A stretch of 64,000 nt of DNA, taken from NCBI GenBank assembly GCA_002633005.1, contig NMRA01000224.1, positions 123,988 through 187,987 on the forward strand, given 5' to 3'. The position numbers and the translations under genes were made by a program. Shown here in pieces: positions 49,530-63,700 of this stretch (position 1 is the first letter of the stretch; every line of letters starts with the position of its first letter). The DNA is from Phoronis australis. Lineage: Eukaryota > Animalia > Phoronida. The notes below the pieces were generated by a model. The model was given only the letters and a program-made list of their open reading frames with translations, was not told the DNA's origin and searched no databases.

Positions 49530-49930
49530 AGCGCCATCTGGCGAAGAAGTAACCAATAGTTATTTCGATTATTGTATATTGTACTATTTGGGACATTTAT
49601 ATTGTTGAGTGAAGGAAGTTTCACTATAAGCGTTGATAAATCTGGAAACGATTGATATCTTATCTATTCAAGATGACATTGGCAATTTCAAAAGTGTAAA
49701 TAAAAAATTGTGTTCTCATGACGTCACTTCCTGCGTTGAGTGAAAGAAAAATTGGTCTTTGTGTGTCAGGATTCATTCATGTATTTATTTTCCGATCCGT
49801 TCTACACGAACAGCAATACTGTTGTTTAAGTGGTACGTTTGTTATAAGCTAAGACAGGGGATGTGTTGTGTGAAATCACCTTGATCTTCACGTACTGGTG
49901 AGGGTGAGAGAGTGAACACTTTTTCGACAG
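49530..49930. promoter_or_regulatory. Probable ARIH2 promoter (possibly shared with MOV10L1) and non-coding first exon
   Basis: Overlapping CRE-ETS motif TGACGTCACTTCCTG at 49719-49733, a CTCF-like motif at 49530-49544, and a donor CAG|GTATTT at 49931. The ARIH2 ATG exon has an acceptor at 51727, so an upstream exon is expected. Confidence 0.5.
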
Positions 49931-51751
49931 GTATTTTCATTTTTCATCACACAACTCGCAAGTCACAATACCTTTTCTCGGAAGTTCATTTTCTTCGAGT
50001 TATATATCACGGTACCTCAGCCATATTTCGTATCCGTAAGAATAACAGTCATTCTGAAAAACAAAGGGTTTTCCAGTCAGTGGTAGGAGTCTGTGTGGTT
50101 GTACAGGCCCATATTCAGTTGCCCATATTTGAATCCCGCCAGGCGCATCGCAATTTTCCGATTTGGACCATTCCAGTTTCAGAATTTCAATACCGGTGGC
50201 CCATATCAGAATATATTTTATGATTTATATTGAAACGTTAAATGAAATTAACCAATTTTTTCGAAAATTAAATTCCCAATATAACATTTTTTTATAAATT
50301 TAAACACTGGCTTATTTGGAAAGACCAATTTAATGTGTGTTTTTAGGTTTTGTAGTGAACTCTTACTCTATAGTTCTGTGGACCCCTTTTATGCTAGCTC
50401 TGCACGAGAGGGTCGGGCACTCACCTGCATGTTTCTTCACGCTTTAGATATCTGATATATAGTCTTGCTCTGTTGAGAACTCAGCACTGACTCACTTCGA
50501 AGATCCTAAAATCCTCACACGTGGGTATGTCATACCCAAAACGAAACTGTCAATCTTGAGTACAGTGACTTGGAACTTCCGGTTTTCACTACATTTTCCA
50601 CATATTTTGCATCAAAGTAAATGACCTGTCGTCGCCGATTCCGATACTGGATACGCACTCGCTAGCGACAATTGTGTCTGCTGTACTTGGAATGAACATC
50701 AACCCATTTACCTGCCTCACAGCTGGTAGTCATTTTTTGTTATGTATGGAAAGGTGCGAAACTTATTTAGTGTGCAGTGGTTTTGTAAAGTTTCTTGAAA
50801 TTCAAACAAAAATAATTGTCAAAGCAGTCATTTTTTCATTATTCAATAGCTAACAGTGCTAAACATTTCATTATTTGTTTGTTGATATCAGATCTATAAT
50901 ATAAATGGTGCAAATAATGAAGTAAACTTTTTTTGCAATGGAATGGGGTTTTCATTGCATTCCAATGTGATTTTACATGGCTAAATCACTAACTGAAAAA
51001 CATTGAGTGTCTGATGAGTCACACCTTAGAGAGACGATGGAATCTTCTGACTCACCACACTCTCACTACTTTTAAGTAAGTCATTTAGCCTTAAAACTTT
51101 TTTGCTGTTTATTTTTATAAATTTGAAATTTTTTCATAAAACAAGTTTCAGTGCTTTGCCATATTGTATTCTAAATTGAAGAAACTTTGCTGTAATTGAT
51201 GATTTGCATAAGAAAGTGAGAGCGAAATGTTGTGTAAGTTATTGTCTTATCATCCTTTGTCCGGTGACATGAAATAGTCCCAAAAAGGGACTCAACTAAG
51301 TTCCTTAAATCTACTGCGTATTTGTGGGCTTGTGAAAACACCGATTGTCCTTTCTTATGCTGTTTAAGTCTCATTACCAAGTCAATTTTTACTTTGATAT
51401 GAATCGAGAGGAAATTTTAAGTTGAATTCTCAATGTTATTGAAAATAAGTAGGGATCTTTTCATGCAACGCACTTAATTTAAGGACTGAGTCCCTAATTA
51501 TTATGACTTAATTACGGTAAGTGTTCAGTTTTTTGCTATAGTATTGGAAAATGTCATTAGTCAAAGAGGGGGTCATAAGAAAGATAAAATGATAGAAAAA
51601 TATAACGTCTGTTAGTGGAGAAACAAATAAGCAAAAGATTTATTGAACTTATGGGGACTGTTTCATGCAACCGGGTACTTAAGCCTCCGTCAACTGGTCT
51701 GTTAAGTCTACTTCTGGGTACTTTCAGACTTGTGGAGATCACGTGTGAACT

Positions 51752-54700
51752 ATGTCAGTAGATATGAAGAGTCAACCAAGCGACGGTTCGGATGCCGAGT
51801 CCGACGAGTCGTCAGATATGGAGCAGGATGACTACTACGACAACGAGTGCGATGACCTTGACCTTGACCAACCGAACAAATCAGATGACCCAGAATATTT
51901 CGAATTTGATCTGCTTGCTGTGGAAGATGTCGAGAGACTTCTCAATGAAAGTGTCGAAGCTCTATGCAGCAGCTTACAGGTAGGTAGCAATAGATTACAG
52001 GTAGGTAGCAATAGATTATATAGTGTTGATGAAATGTTCATGAACGTTTACACTTATAGGGTGATGGTACATTGTTTTCATATATGTGCCATGTGTGTTC
52101 ACTTGTCATGTATGTGCCATTTTTGTTCACTTGTAGGAGTTAAGTGAAAATGAAAGTGACCACCGAGATGAAAACAACCAAGTTATAGAGCTTTGGGAAT
52201 GTCTGATGTCCTGCCAGGGAAACTTGATTGAGTTAATTATTGCTACATGATTTTCACTATATGTACGGTAAAAATTCTACATTTGGGATGCGGAAACTCC
52301 CGGCAACTTTGAATTTTCTTGATTCTGGAAATTGGGACTAGGGCGAGTTTGGTGTTCACCATATTTCAGACAATGATTTCAATGTACAGAGTCGGTAATT
52401 CTTGACTTTGTGACAGCCAATGTTGACCATTTCTAGAATTTGGGACAAGCTCCAACCTTGAGCAAAATAGTTAATTTTCACTGTTACAAACTGGAGAATG
52501 TTTACAGTAAACATTGTTTTCTTAACTGTTGTAGATTACCCCATCTCTTGCCAAGTTACTACTTCACACACACAGGTGGGCGAAGGATGATATAGAACAG
52601 AGGCACAGATGTGACCCTAAGAAACTTCTCATCGACTCCCATCTGCTTCCCCAGCAACCACAACCTGTAGGTGACATGTGCAGCTATGTAGGTGACATGT
52701 CCACCTATGTAGGTGACATGTGCAGCTATGTAGGTGACATGTCCACCTATGTAGGTGACATGTGCACATATGTAGGTGACATGTGCAGCTATCTAGGTGA
52801 CATGTGCACATATGTAGGTGACATGTCCACCTATGTAGGTGACATGTGCAGCTATCTAGGTGACATGTGCAGCTATGTAGGTGACATGTGCAGCTATGTA
52901 GGTGACATGCATGTGCAGCTATCTAGGTGACGTGCAGCTATCTAGGTGACGTGCAGTTATCTAGGTGACATGTCCACCTATGTAGGTGACATGTGCAGCT
53001 ATGTAGGTGACATGTCCACCTATGTAGGTGACATGTGCAGCTATGTAGGTCACATGTGCAGCTATCTAGGTGACATGTGCACATATGTAGGTGACATGTG
53101 CAGCTATGTAGGTGACATGTCCACCTATGTAGGTGACATGTGCAGCTATGTAGGTGACATGTGCAGCTATCTAGGTGACATGTGCACATATGTAGGTGAC
53201 ATGTCCACCTATGTAGGTGACATGTGCAGCTATGTAGGTGACATGTCCACCTATGTAGGTGACATGTGGAGCTATGTAGGTGACATGTGCAGCTATGTAG
53301 GTGACATGTGCAGCTATCTAGGTGACATGTGCAGCTATCTAGGTGATGTGCAGTTATCTAGGTGACATGTCCACCTATGTAGGTGACATGTGCAGCTATC
53401 TAGGTGACATGTGCAGCTATGTAGGTGACATGTCCACCTATGTAGGTGACATGTGTAGCTATGTATGTTTTGTGCAGTTATCCAGGCTGGCCTTTAGCAT
53501 TGCTTCAATTTAGGACAAAAAATTTTGAAGTTACCATATTTCTATTTTTCAGAGGCTTACTCCATTGTTGCAAATGCTCAAAATTTTTCCTAACATTGAT
53601 TAGTAGTACAAAATTAACATACTTAAAGCAAAGTAAATTTTCCCTAAAAAGTTGTTGAGAAATTTGACAAAATGAAGTTTCGCCTGTCATTTTTTAATGA
53701 AGTAATGATCGCATGCTTGGTTGTTAGTGCACTAGACAATGTTCCGTGGAGACTTGAGCCATCTTTTGACATACTTAAAAATTACTAGCCTTCTTGAAGG
53801 CATTCCATCTGTACCATATCTAACTGTACAACAGTGATGCATTCATAGTACTGAGTGTTTCAAGAAGATGGATTCAACTTGAAACAGGTTTTTTCGCATT
53901 TTTATAGCCCCCTGTAAATTAGGTGGTCTTGGCTGCATGACAATTTAAAAGTTGTCTCTTACCAAGCCCATAGTAATTATCCATACCTAAGTACGTTTCA
54001 AAAAGCCTACATAACAGACCCTGGGTGGAGCAGATAATTTTTTTGAAATTGTTGGTGAAAATCATCTGAATGGAGAATGATATCTGCACTTTTCTTTTGA
54101 GAGTTCTTTTTATGGAGGAGGAGCGAGTCTCTCAAAAGGATACATTTTGTACGCTTTAGGAAATACTGACGGTATTCAGTTCCTTGTATGTACGGTACTT
54201 TTCTAAATACGCTGTTCATTGTTGAAGTTCAGCATTCTTGGTGCAGAAAACCACCACTAAGTATGTAAATACATTATTTTACAGTCACATGAAACTCTGA
54301 CAAAGTTTGTCAAAAGTTTTATTGCATCAAATGTTTGACAAAATTGCCAAATAATTCTGGCAGGAAGTTTGTCCTAGTTTAGGCAGAATATGACAGAATT
54401 TGCCCGAAGTCTGTCTTGATTATTTTGAAATCTACTGATCTTATACAATTTCACTCGTTTAAGGAGGTCAAGATGTCCAACAGACATTTCACGTGTCCAG
54501 TTTGTCTGCAGAAAACTGAGAAGATGAACCGTCGTCAACTCGCCTGTGGTCATGGCTTCTGCAAGGACTGCTGGGCCGTGCACTTCCATGTGAGTCTATG
54601 TGTTTTACATTGTGAGTCTATGTGGTTCTGTTTTACATTGTGAGTCTATGTGGTTCTGTTTTACATTGTGAGTCTATGTGGTTCTGTTTTACATTGTGAG

Positions 54701-57700
54701 TGATATCAGATGGGTTACATTGATTGAGGACTCATGTCAGCAGTATAGTATCCGCCGCATATGGACTTCAGCTGCTGATGCTGTGGGCGATAGGTGGAGC
54801 TGTGGTATACACGTGTCAGTTGTCTGTGTGAGTCCTCTTTTCAAGTAGGTGAATCATTTTTCTCGCACATCTACCTGCAACTGGATCACTGAAACATTCA
54901 AGCTACAAGACCTATGTGTTATGTGTTACGAATCGCCATTCTTGTTTTGTCGGTTATGAACCTCTGTAGCATAATAGAATGAGAATTCAACCTCCCTTTT
55001 ACAATATTTTAGTTAATTTCGTATTACTCGGGCCAGCCATGGCTGGTACTGGTAAGAGTCGTCGTATTGTACCGAATACCAAAACGAAAAGTGCTGGTGT
55101 AATTTCAAAATGAAAAGTACTTGGTGTCTTAATCAGTACCTTGAAAACTGAAAGTGAGGCTGCTTTGTTATTTTCATGTTTATTTTCATCTGTGCGAAGT
55201 GCTGCCGTGACTTCTATTTACGTTGAGGTCATGACCTCGTTGTGAATGTCATGACTCCATTTTGAAGATCATGACTTCATTGTGAAGGTCGCGAGTGCAT
55301 GGTGAAGGTCGTGACCTGATGGTGAAGGTCAGTCAATGTGTAGTATACAGTCGTGCTTTCAACAACAAAAAATAATATCGGAATTAAAATTATGAATATT
55401 GTCCTTCACTAGGTACAAGTTAGTCAAGGTACATCAACAGGGCTGGAGTGTATGGGCCAAGACTGTCACATCCTGGCACCTGAGGACTTTGTCCTTGACC
55501 TTGTAAAAGAATCAGCCACCAGAGACAAGTATCAGAGATTTGCCTTCAGTGATTATGTTGAGGTAGACAATAGGAGCAAGTTTGTATGCAACTTAAAAAA
55601 AATGCAAAGCATATTTTTTCGACATATATTGTCAATGTACTGGCATGAAACATAATTGAATCTAAAAATAGCTTGTATTAATTTTGTTAAGCCTTTGTAA
55701 ATGTTGCCGTGTCTGCTGATTTGAGGATTATTCTAAAACTATGACAGACATTGTGCTACAATTCTATTTTGCATTTGACAGTTTCTCAAAACAGCATAGG
55801 CGCCATTTTTGGATTTTGAAAGAGTTGTGATGTTACATTTACCATGTATCTACCACTGCTTGTCAACAGAGTCATCCAGAGTTGAGGTTCTGTCCTGGTC
55901 CCAACTGTTCATCCATCGTACGAGCGAGTGAGAAGCAAGCTAAGAGGGTTCAGTGTAAACAGTGTAACACCGCCTTTTGGTGAGTCTTCAGCTAGGATAG
56001 TGTATCATGAATGTGCTTTTGTATGTGTTGTAACACCACCTTTTGGTGAGTCTCCAGCTAGAACATTTTAATATGAATTGTGGTGTAACACCTTCTTTTT
56101 GTGAATCTCCAGTTAGGACATTTTAACCTGAATGTTCTTTTGTTTGTGGTGTAACGCCGCCTTTTGTTGAGTCCCCACCTAGGACATTTTAACATGAATG
56201 TTCTTTTGTTTGATGTGCTATTACATGGCTCCCACCCACCAAAAAATCAGGAAATCTTGAAATTGATCAGTCTCATTAATCATAATGTACAACGCCCTCT
56301 ATGGGAGGCTCAGACACAAATGACTGGGGATACATTTTGAGAATGCATTTTTGCCCTGTGTCTTGGCAGTAAACTCGCGTACTCTCAGATTTAATGACCA
56401 ACGCTTCTAATAACTTACATTTATGGGAACACAGCATCACTGTGTACATATCTAACACAGCATCACTGTGTACATATCTAACACAGCATCACTGTGTACA
56501 TATCTAACACAGCATCACTGTGTTCATATCTAACACATGCTTGTTCAACAATCTAGCTCAGGTAATTCTCTCGTCTGGTTATTCAAAAAATGTTTTTGTG
56601 AGGCCTCTGAAGTATCTGAAGAAGCCAATGTCAATATCGTGTCACATGACTATATACTTCTTCCAGTACTCTCTTAATCCTTGGTGTCGTTAATAGTTTC
56701 AGGTGTGGCATTGATTACCATGCCCCTACAGACTGTGATGTCATTAAAAAGTGGTTGACGAAGTGCGCTGATGACTCTGAGACTGCCAACTATATTAGTG
56801 CAAATACAAAAGATGTGAGTAAACCTGTTACACGGGAAGTCCCAGCAAAGTTCTGTAATATCTACTGTGTTACATTGGAAGGATGTTGTCATGGCGAGAT
56901 TATCTATGGGTCCCCGTTCAGAACTACAAAGTAGTTGCAGAAAGCCTTTCGCGCCATTTGTCATCATACATTATGCAGAGCCCCACCTATCAAGGCTTGA
57001 AAGCTAATGATTTTTAATAAATAATTTTACTGAACTGAAAAGTGTTTTTACCAATTTCTACATCATCAATAAGGTGCGTGTTTTGTAAAGTACTGGTGAT
57101 GATAATTAGGAATGTTGTCTTTCTGCGTAGTGTCCTCGGTGTCATGTTTGTATAGAGAAGAATGGAGGTTGTAATCACATGCAGTGTTCAAAGTGCAAGT
57201 TTGACTTCTGTTGGATGTGTCTTGGAGGTAAGTTCACTCTTATTACTCTTTTATTGATTCAACTTTACAGTGTTGGGAATTTCAAATTGAAAACTTTGGG
57301 ATGTCAACGAGGATGAGGGAATGTTTGTTTTTTATAGTAAGCCCAGATGTGCTCTAGTTTCTTAATATTGTCACCAGTTTCTGATGTTAAATTCTTGGAA
57401 TGATCTTTATCATTTCAGCTCCAGTAGGGTAGTTCTCTTCAGCTCCAGTAGGGTAGTTCTCTTCAGCTCCAGTAGGGTAGTTCTCTTCAGCTCCAGTAGG
57501 GTAGTTCTCTTCAGCTCCAGTAGGGTAGTTCTCTTCATCCCTACTGTTTTCATAGTCACGCACTGTTAGTGCAAATTTTTTGAAGATTCTTGTGTGTGTT
57601 CAAACTGTTAAAATCTTGTAATATGGAGATGTACGCACTACTGGAGAAGATGTGCATAGCAAAATTATTTGAGTGTGTGAATTGAGTTGCTAGAAGAATT

Positions 57701-60700
57701 GGTATTACACTGGCAAATGTTGATCTATTGACGTTTAGTGCCTAGTGTTATTAACCATTGTTCTTAGAAAATTGTCTGTTCGTCCCTCTGCACTTGCCCT
57801 GTGCTTGCTTTTGATTGTTTTAATAAAATCAGAATTAAAATCTTACTTTTGATTTAAAATGTTGTTTCAGTTATCCGATCATCGGTTTGTATTATTACAC
57901 ACTGATTATTACAAACTGATGGCTACAATCTGTTCACTTCTAACCTAGATATTTATGCATGTTCCAGACTGGAAGGCCCATGGCAGTGAATATTATGAAT
58001 GTAGTCGATACAAAGAGAATCCGAACGTAGCTAATGACTCAACTCACAAAGCAAGAGAAGCACTAAAAAAATACCTGTTTTATTTTGAAAGGGTTAGTAT
58101 GTTGTGTCTGTGCTACTTATTAATATGCTCATTGGTAATGTTATCTCAATGTCTGAAGCCACATGGTTTCTGTCAGAATTGGGACATCGGAGTGACTTCA
58201 CTGACTCTGTTGTAGCTTAGCAACAACAGATGTTCAAATGATAGATGTGCACCAGATTCGTTGAATTTACGTGAAAACCTTAATTTTCATATTCACGTCT
58301 GTGGTTTACCTGACCAAAGACATTTTGTGCTGTGATGTGCATCTACTGTAAAATTTCTGAATGTCAAAGAAAGGCTTCAGTCGTAGCAATAGGTAAAATT
58401 TTGTGTATCGCCAATCTCTGAGGACTGCAGTGATGTGTGATTGAAAAACTGCTCTCGACTGATGTGTTTTCTGAGTGAATTTCAATATTCGTGCAGTTAC
58501 GAAATTAAGACTCATTTGTAGTTCATAACTCATAGTTGGTCTTGCAGTGGGAAAATCATGCAAAATCCTTACGCCTTGAAGAAGACACTAGAAAGAAAAT
58601 AGTTGACAGGATAGAAAACAAAGTGATGAAGAATGAGGGGACGTGGATCGACTGGCAGTATCTGGTCACAGCTCTGGACTTGTTGAAAAGGGTGAGCTTT
58701 GTCTGGATGTCCTTGAACTTTCACCGCTTGCGTATAAATCCCCTCTCTCTAACCTCTTGGTACGTGTCGATTGACCTCGTCACAGCAGCGGACTAATTGA
58801 GAAAGGCAGCATACGTGGCCATTAACATGTGTTGTGTAAAGTCGACGTAGCTCTGTCAGTTTTCAAAAAGTTACGAATTTCTTGCGGTCAAGCATCTCCG
58901 GTATCGGGTTGTTTTGAATGAAATTTTGCAAACCGTGATGCAGTAGTTTCAAAGCATGCTAAATGGGTAATAGTCGGATATAACGTTACTGCCTTTTGAG
59001 AACCAGTTTTCTCCATTGAATTGTGGGCATCAAACTGGTTCTCAGAATGTGTGCACATTATGTCCGACTATTGTCTGGTAAATGTCTTTACACCTGGACA
59101 GCGTGATGTTATACTTCCTGCGCCTTATATCACTGTTTTCAACAACTTCACCAAGGTTTGAAAATTTTGGCTGCATTTTATGAATTGCTTTGGACTGATA
59201 AGTGACTGTCATGCCACTAGAAAAAAGGAAACCCTATTTAGCACAGCACAGTTTTCAATTTTCACAAAGTCTGGAATTTGTTTGTAATGTGATAATAAAG
59301 TCATTTTGTTAATTTTACAAAAAAAAACATGTGTCATGAAAAGACAAATATTTGTTTTTACTGAAAGTTTGCTTACTTTGTGTTTTAGTGTCGTTATACT
59401 CTCCAGTATACCTATCCGTACGCCTACCATATGGAGAAATGTGGTCGCAAGGAGTTGGTGAGTTACTTTGTTGTTTGTAGCCTATAAAGACAGGTTTGAG
59501 AGCCAAAAAATTGAGAGTTTCACCAGTGTATGTGTGAATTGTCACTCAATCTGCAGTGTTGTTTTCTGTTTCAGGCCGCAAGGCTGCTGTCTTGTAATCT
59601 AGTTGACAATGAATAAAAGTATGCTGAGTGTAAAAAAACAATTGCAAGCGGTCTGTGACACGTTGTATCAGACATGTGCAGGCCTCGCATGTGGGCCCAT
59701 TGCACTGATCACCTGGAACTTTTTATGCTTTATTAATGTGTGGTTAAAACCAAGATGAGGAGCTAGAAACCTGGCTCAAGGGCTTAGCGGTGTAACCTGG
59801 TGGGACTCAAACTCACAACCTCGAGTAAAGAAAGCGGGCACTTATCATCCAGGCCACACTGCCTCCTCTATGCAGAGTGTAGTTCAGCATGGTGGCTTCT
59901 CAAATGTTGCTGGACTCCTGCTATTTATAGAACAAAAATGTCAAACTTATGTCGACTGCTTTGCTAATGTTCACTGATCACATGTCGACTGTTGATTGCT
60001 CTGGGCTCCTGTTGACAATGCACGTTTGTGTCAATAACTTGCACCTATGGTTGGGACCATATACTTTTTTAGGAATTCAATTCGATTAAATTCTTTTTAC
60101 GAATTGAATTCTTTTTAGGGGGATTTTATTTTTATTTATTTTTAATACTTCGTTTCTTGTTTGTCAAATTCATTTTTTCTCAAGTGATTCTTGCCTCGGC
60201 AAAGGCTTCAAAAAGGTGCTGGGCTTAGCCGTTTTTGTTTGGAGACATCGACAATACAATTATACCAGCTGTAACCAAATTTTCTTTTCGAAAAGTTGAG
60301 ATAAAAATTGTTAAATGTTATAAGATTCCATCTCATGAACAGTCCCTAGCTACTTGTACAATATCTGGCAATAGTCTGATATAACGTGCCCGTATTTTGA
60401 GAACCAGTTTGATGCCCGTTATTCAGTGAAGAAAACTAGTTCTCAAAATTCATGTACATTATATCAGACCATTACCCAATATCTTAATAGAACACTTTAA
60501 AGGATACAAATAAGCTGTAACTTTGTAAGACTCCTGACGGCAAAACGTGTAACTAAGAATGGAATGGAAATTGATCTGGACATCAATATCAAAATTGGTC
60601 ACTCCCACAACACGATTAAATTACAATTCAATGTTGAATCTTCGCCACCTGACTTATGATGACTTCTCACATAGATTGTGTTAACTTGTTGTGGACAGCT

Positions 60701-63700
60701 GATATTCATGTTGATTGTGTTGACTTGTTGTGGACAGCTGATATTCATGTTGGTTGTGTTAACTTGTTGTGGACAGCTGATATTCATGTTGGTTGTTGTT
60801 TCAGTTTGAATATCAGCAAGCTCAGCTGGAGGCAGAGGTGGAGAATCTGTCGTGGAAGGTGGAACGTGCGGAGATCACGGACAGGGGGGTAAGTGTTGTA
60901 GTCACTGGGTCCAGCCATAACACATGTATGAGGCAGTAGAGAGGTAGCCTATGACACTGACAGTACAAGCCAAAAGTATTTGGACAAAATGATGCCAAAT
61001 TTCCCTTCATGACGGAAGTCTTAATTCATCGGGGAGGAATTAACAGGACAATTACCGTAGTAAGTTGACTAAACCATTCCATAATGAAAGTTTTCCCACC
61101 AGAATAGTCTTTTTCAGCCATTTTTCTTGTTAAAATTATTAGCTGTCATGATGGAGAATAGTATTTTGTCAGATTTCTTTTGCCTTGTACTGTAATTCAT
61201 CATGCTTCAATACTCCATGTTGATAGTCTAGCTTAAAGGATAATGCCATCCAAAAACAATCTTTTTTGTATAAATTTAGAATGAGTAGTTCTACTCTATA
61301 ACAGCAAGTACAGTTCTTTTACATGACACCTGACGGCAGACGGATGTGTTGAAATTAACCAATGGCGTCACAAGTTCGATCGCAGTCAGTTCAGCAGTTC
61401 ACAACACGCTTACTGGTGTCAGCTTATCGCTTGAATTCATCATTTTACACCAATGAATCATCAAAATCCGATACAAAACCCTTACAAATACATCGAATTC
61501 AGGCTCCCCTTCCAGAGAACCGTCATGGCGAAAATTGTACAGTAACAATAATTCGAAAGTGTTATCTAAATAAAGATTGTTCAGGCTGGGTTCCTAAATA
61601 TCTGCATTCGCAAACACTCCAAAGGCATTACAAATGCTATCTACAGAGGCAGACTTTTTCACTTTATATAAGCATTGGTTAGGATGAGTCAGAATAATTC
61701 ATTTGCAAACAGAACGCACAATAATAAAGATGGCAACTTGCAATCCCGACTGAGACGAGTGCTCATCCGACAAAGACTTCGCAGGTCGATCAGGCTATCT
61801 TTTGGAACTGGAATATACTGATCAAGAAATACTGGAGAGGTGCCATGAACAGGCACAGATAATGGAACATATGGATAGTTCTGAAAACCGTTTAAATGAC
61901 TTGTCATAGTGTCAGTGCGCTAACTGCACGATAACAGAAACGACTGATGCTTGCGTTTGCTGCCACAAAATTCCCCAAGTGAAACACCTTTTGGAGAAGC
62001 GCAGATGTGTCTCACGGACGTTCCTGATTTTGCACCGCATCTAAACAGATGTGTGCTTACGACGATTTTAGGCCTGGGAAAAAGAACTGGAGAAAACATC
62101 ATACACCCAGAGTACCAAACAGAAGCCTGATTAACGAATACGTCATCAAACAGGTTATATAAAACTGATCAACAACTGATCCGCATTTCTTTGTTTCCTG
62201 CCTGCCGAACGCAAACACACTGTGCACAGCATCTGACTTTAGCCTCAGTTTCTTTTTCTGCCCTGGCATGAGTTGTTTGGTAAGCTGGCATTCGTCAGTG
62301 AAATCACTGTCAACAAAATGCCGGCCACAGACAAGATAATTCACGTCCTCATACTTGGTATTAACGACATATTTTTCATTCTTCACTGCCTCGAGCCACT
62401 TCCAAAGCCTTATGGGCTCTCGAGGAAATCGAAAAAGCGATATAACCGCTTTTCTCACGGCTTCATAGTTCGCGTAAGCGGGATCGATACACCACACCGT
62501 AGCTGCATGAACTTTGCAGAAGAACCACTGACGTCGCTGCGTCGTTTCTCACCTTCCTCACTGGTTAACGCGACACCACTCGGCGAAGTAAGATCGACCG
62601 TATACGAGGTGATGTGGATATAGACCGATTAAGACGGCACTCTCCTTTAAACATACCCAACCTTATTCAAGCTTGGACAATATTATTCAGCCTTAGACAA
62701 TATTACTCGAGCTTGGACAATATTATTCAACCTTGGACAATCTTACTCGAGCTTGGACAATATCATCCCACCATTTTGGACATTCCATATTTAAAATGCC
62801 ACAATTAGAATATTCCTTGTTAGCAATGCGACAATACTTTTTGGTGTTCTTCATGACCGGTGCGCTAACAGGTCAGAGATATGTTTATTTTAATCACCAA
62901 TTGATTTAAGAAAATAACTTTTCCTTGGTGACTAAGAATAGCTAGCTTGAATTATGATACTCACTAGAAAGCACATTCAATCTTGCACATCAATGTTTAC
63001 TGAAAGCACATTCAATCTTGCACATCAATGTTTACCCAAAGCAATTCATCGTGGAAAAGGTGACTGGCCCAACATACTTTTCATTAAAGATTTCCGACAA
63101 GTCTGATTCACGTTACTCATCTGCACTCGTTCAAGCTGACCGAGCAATGGTTAGTCAGGGAACAAGTAAAATTCAAGATTGGAAAAAAATAACAAATACT
63201 GTTGAATAAGTTTGGTAAAATTAAGTTGAGCAGTACAAAGTTATAAGATGTGTACGCGTGTGTGGTGTGGCCTATTAGGTCACAGTAGATGGGTTTTAAG
63301 AGAGCAAGGCCTTACTTGTATGGTTTAAGTAAACCAAGGCCAAGAAAGAACACTAAGTGTGAAAATATGTGGGGTTAAACCACTATTTGCATTACTACTG
63401 CAGTAAATGAGATGGAAAAATTGCTTGATGCTACTGGTGTGGTATGCAGTTATGTTTTAAATAAGGTTTATTTGTAGATTTGTCGATTTGTTGAACTTAA
63501 TGTTTTGTTAAACATGCTCAGCTAACTGTCACAGTACGTGGCAAAAGTAATAGATACACATAGCAACTCATGATTCACTGCCTTGATGGCCGAGTTCAAA
63601 GGAAATTAATGTGTAACTGTCTCGACAAGTCATTGATCGTCATGTTGGGCTGTTACAAGCTGCAAATTATTAAAATAAAATTAACATCGATTGTGGGAAA

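Noticed and set aside
52629-53189. His/Cys-rich metallothionein-like ORFs (CTCHLHS)n on the minus strand
   Set aside because: Antisense reading of the 21-bp minisatellite; no independent gene structure.
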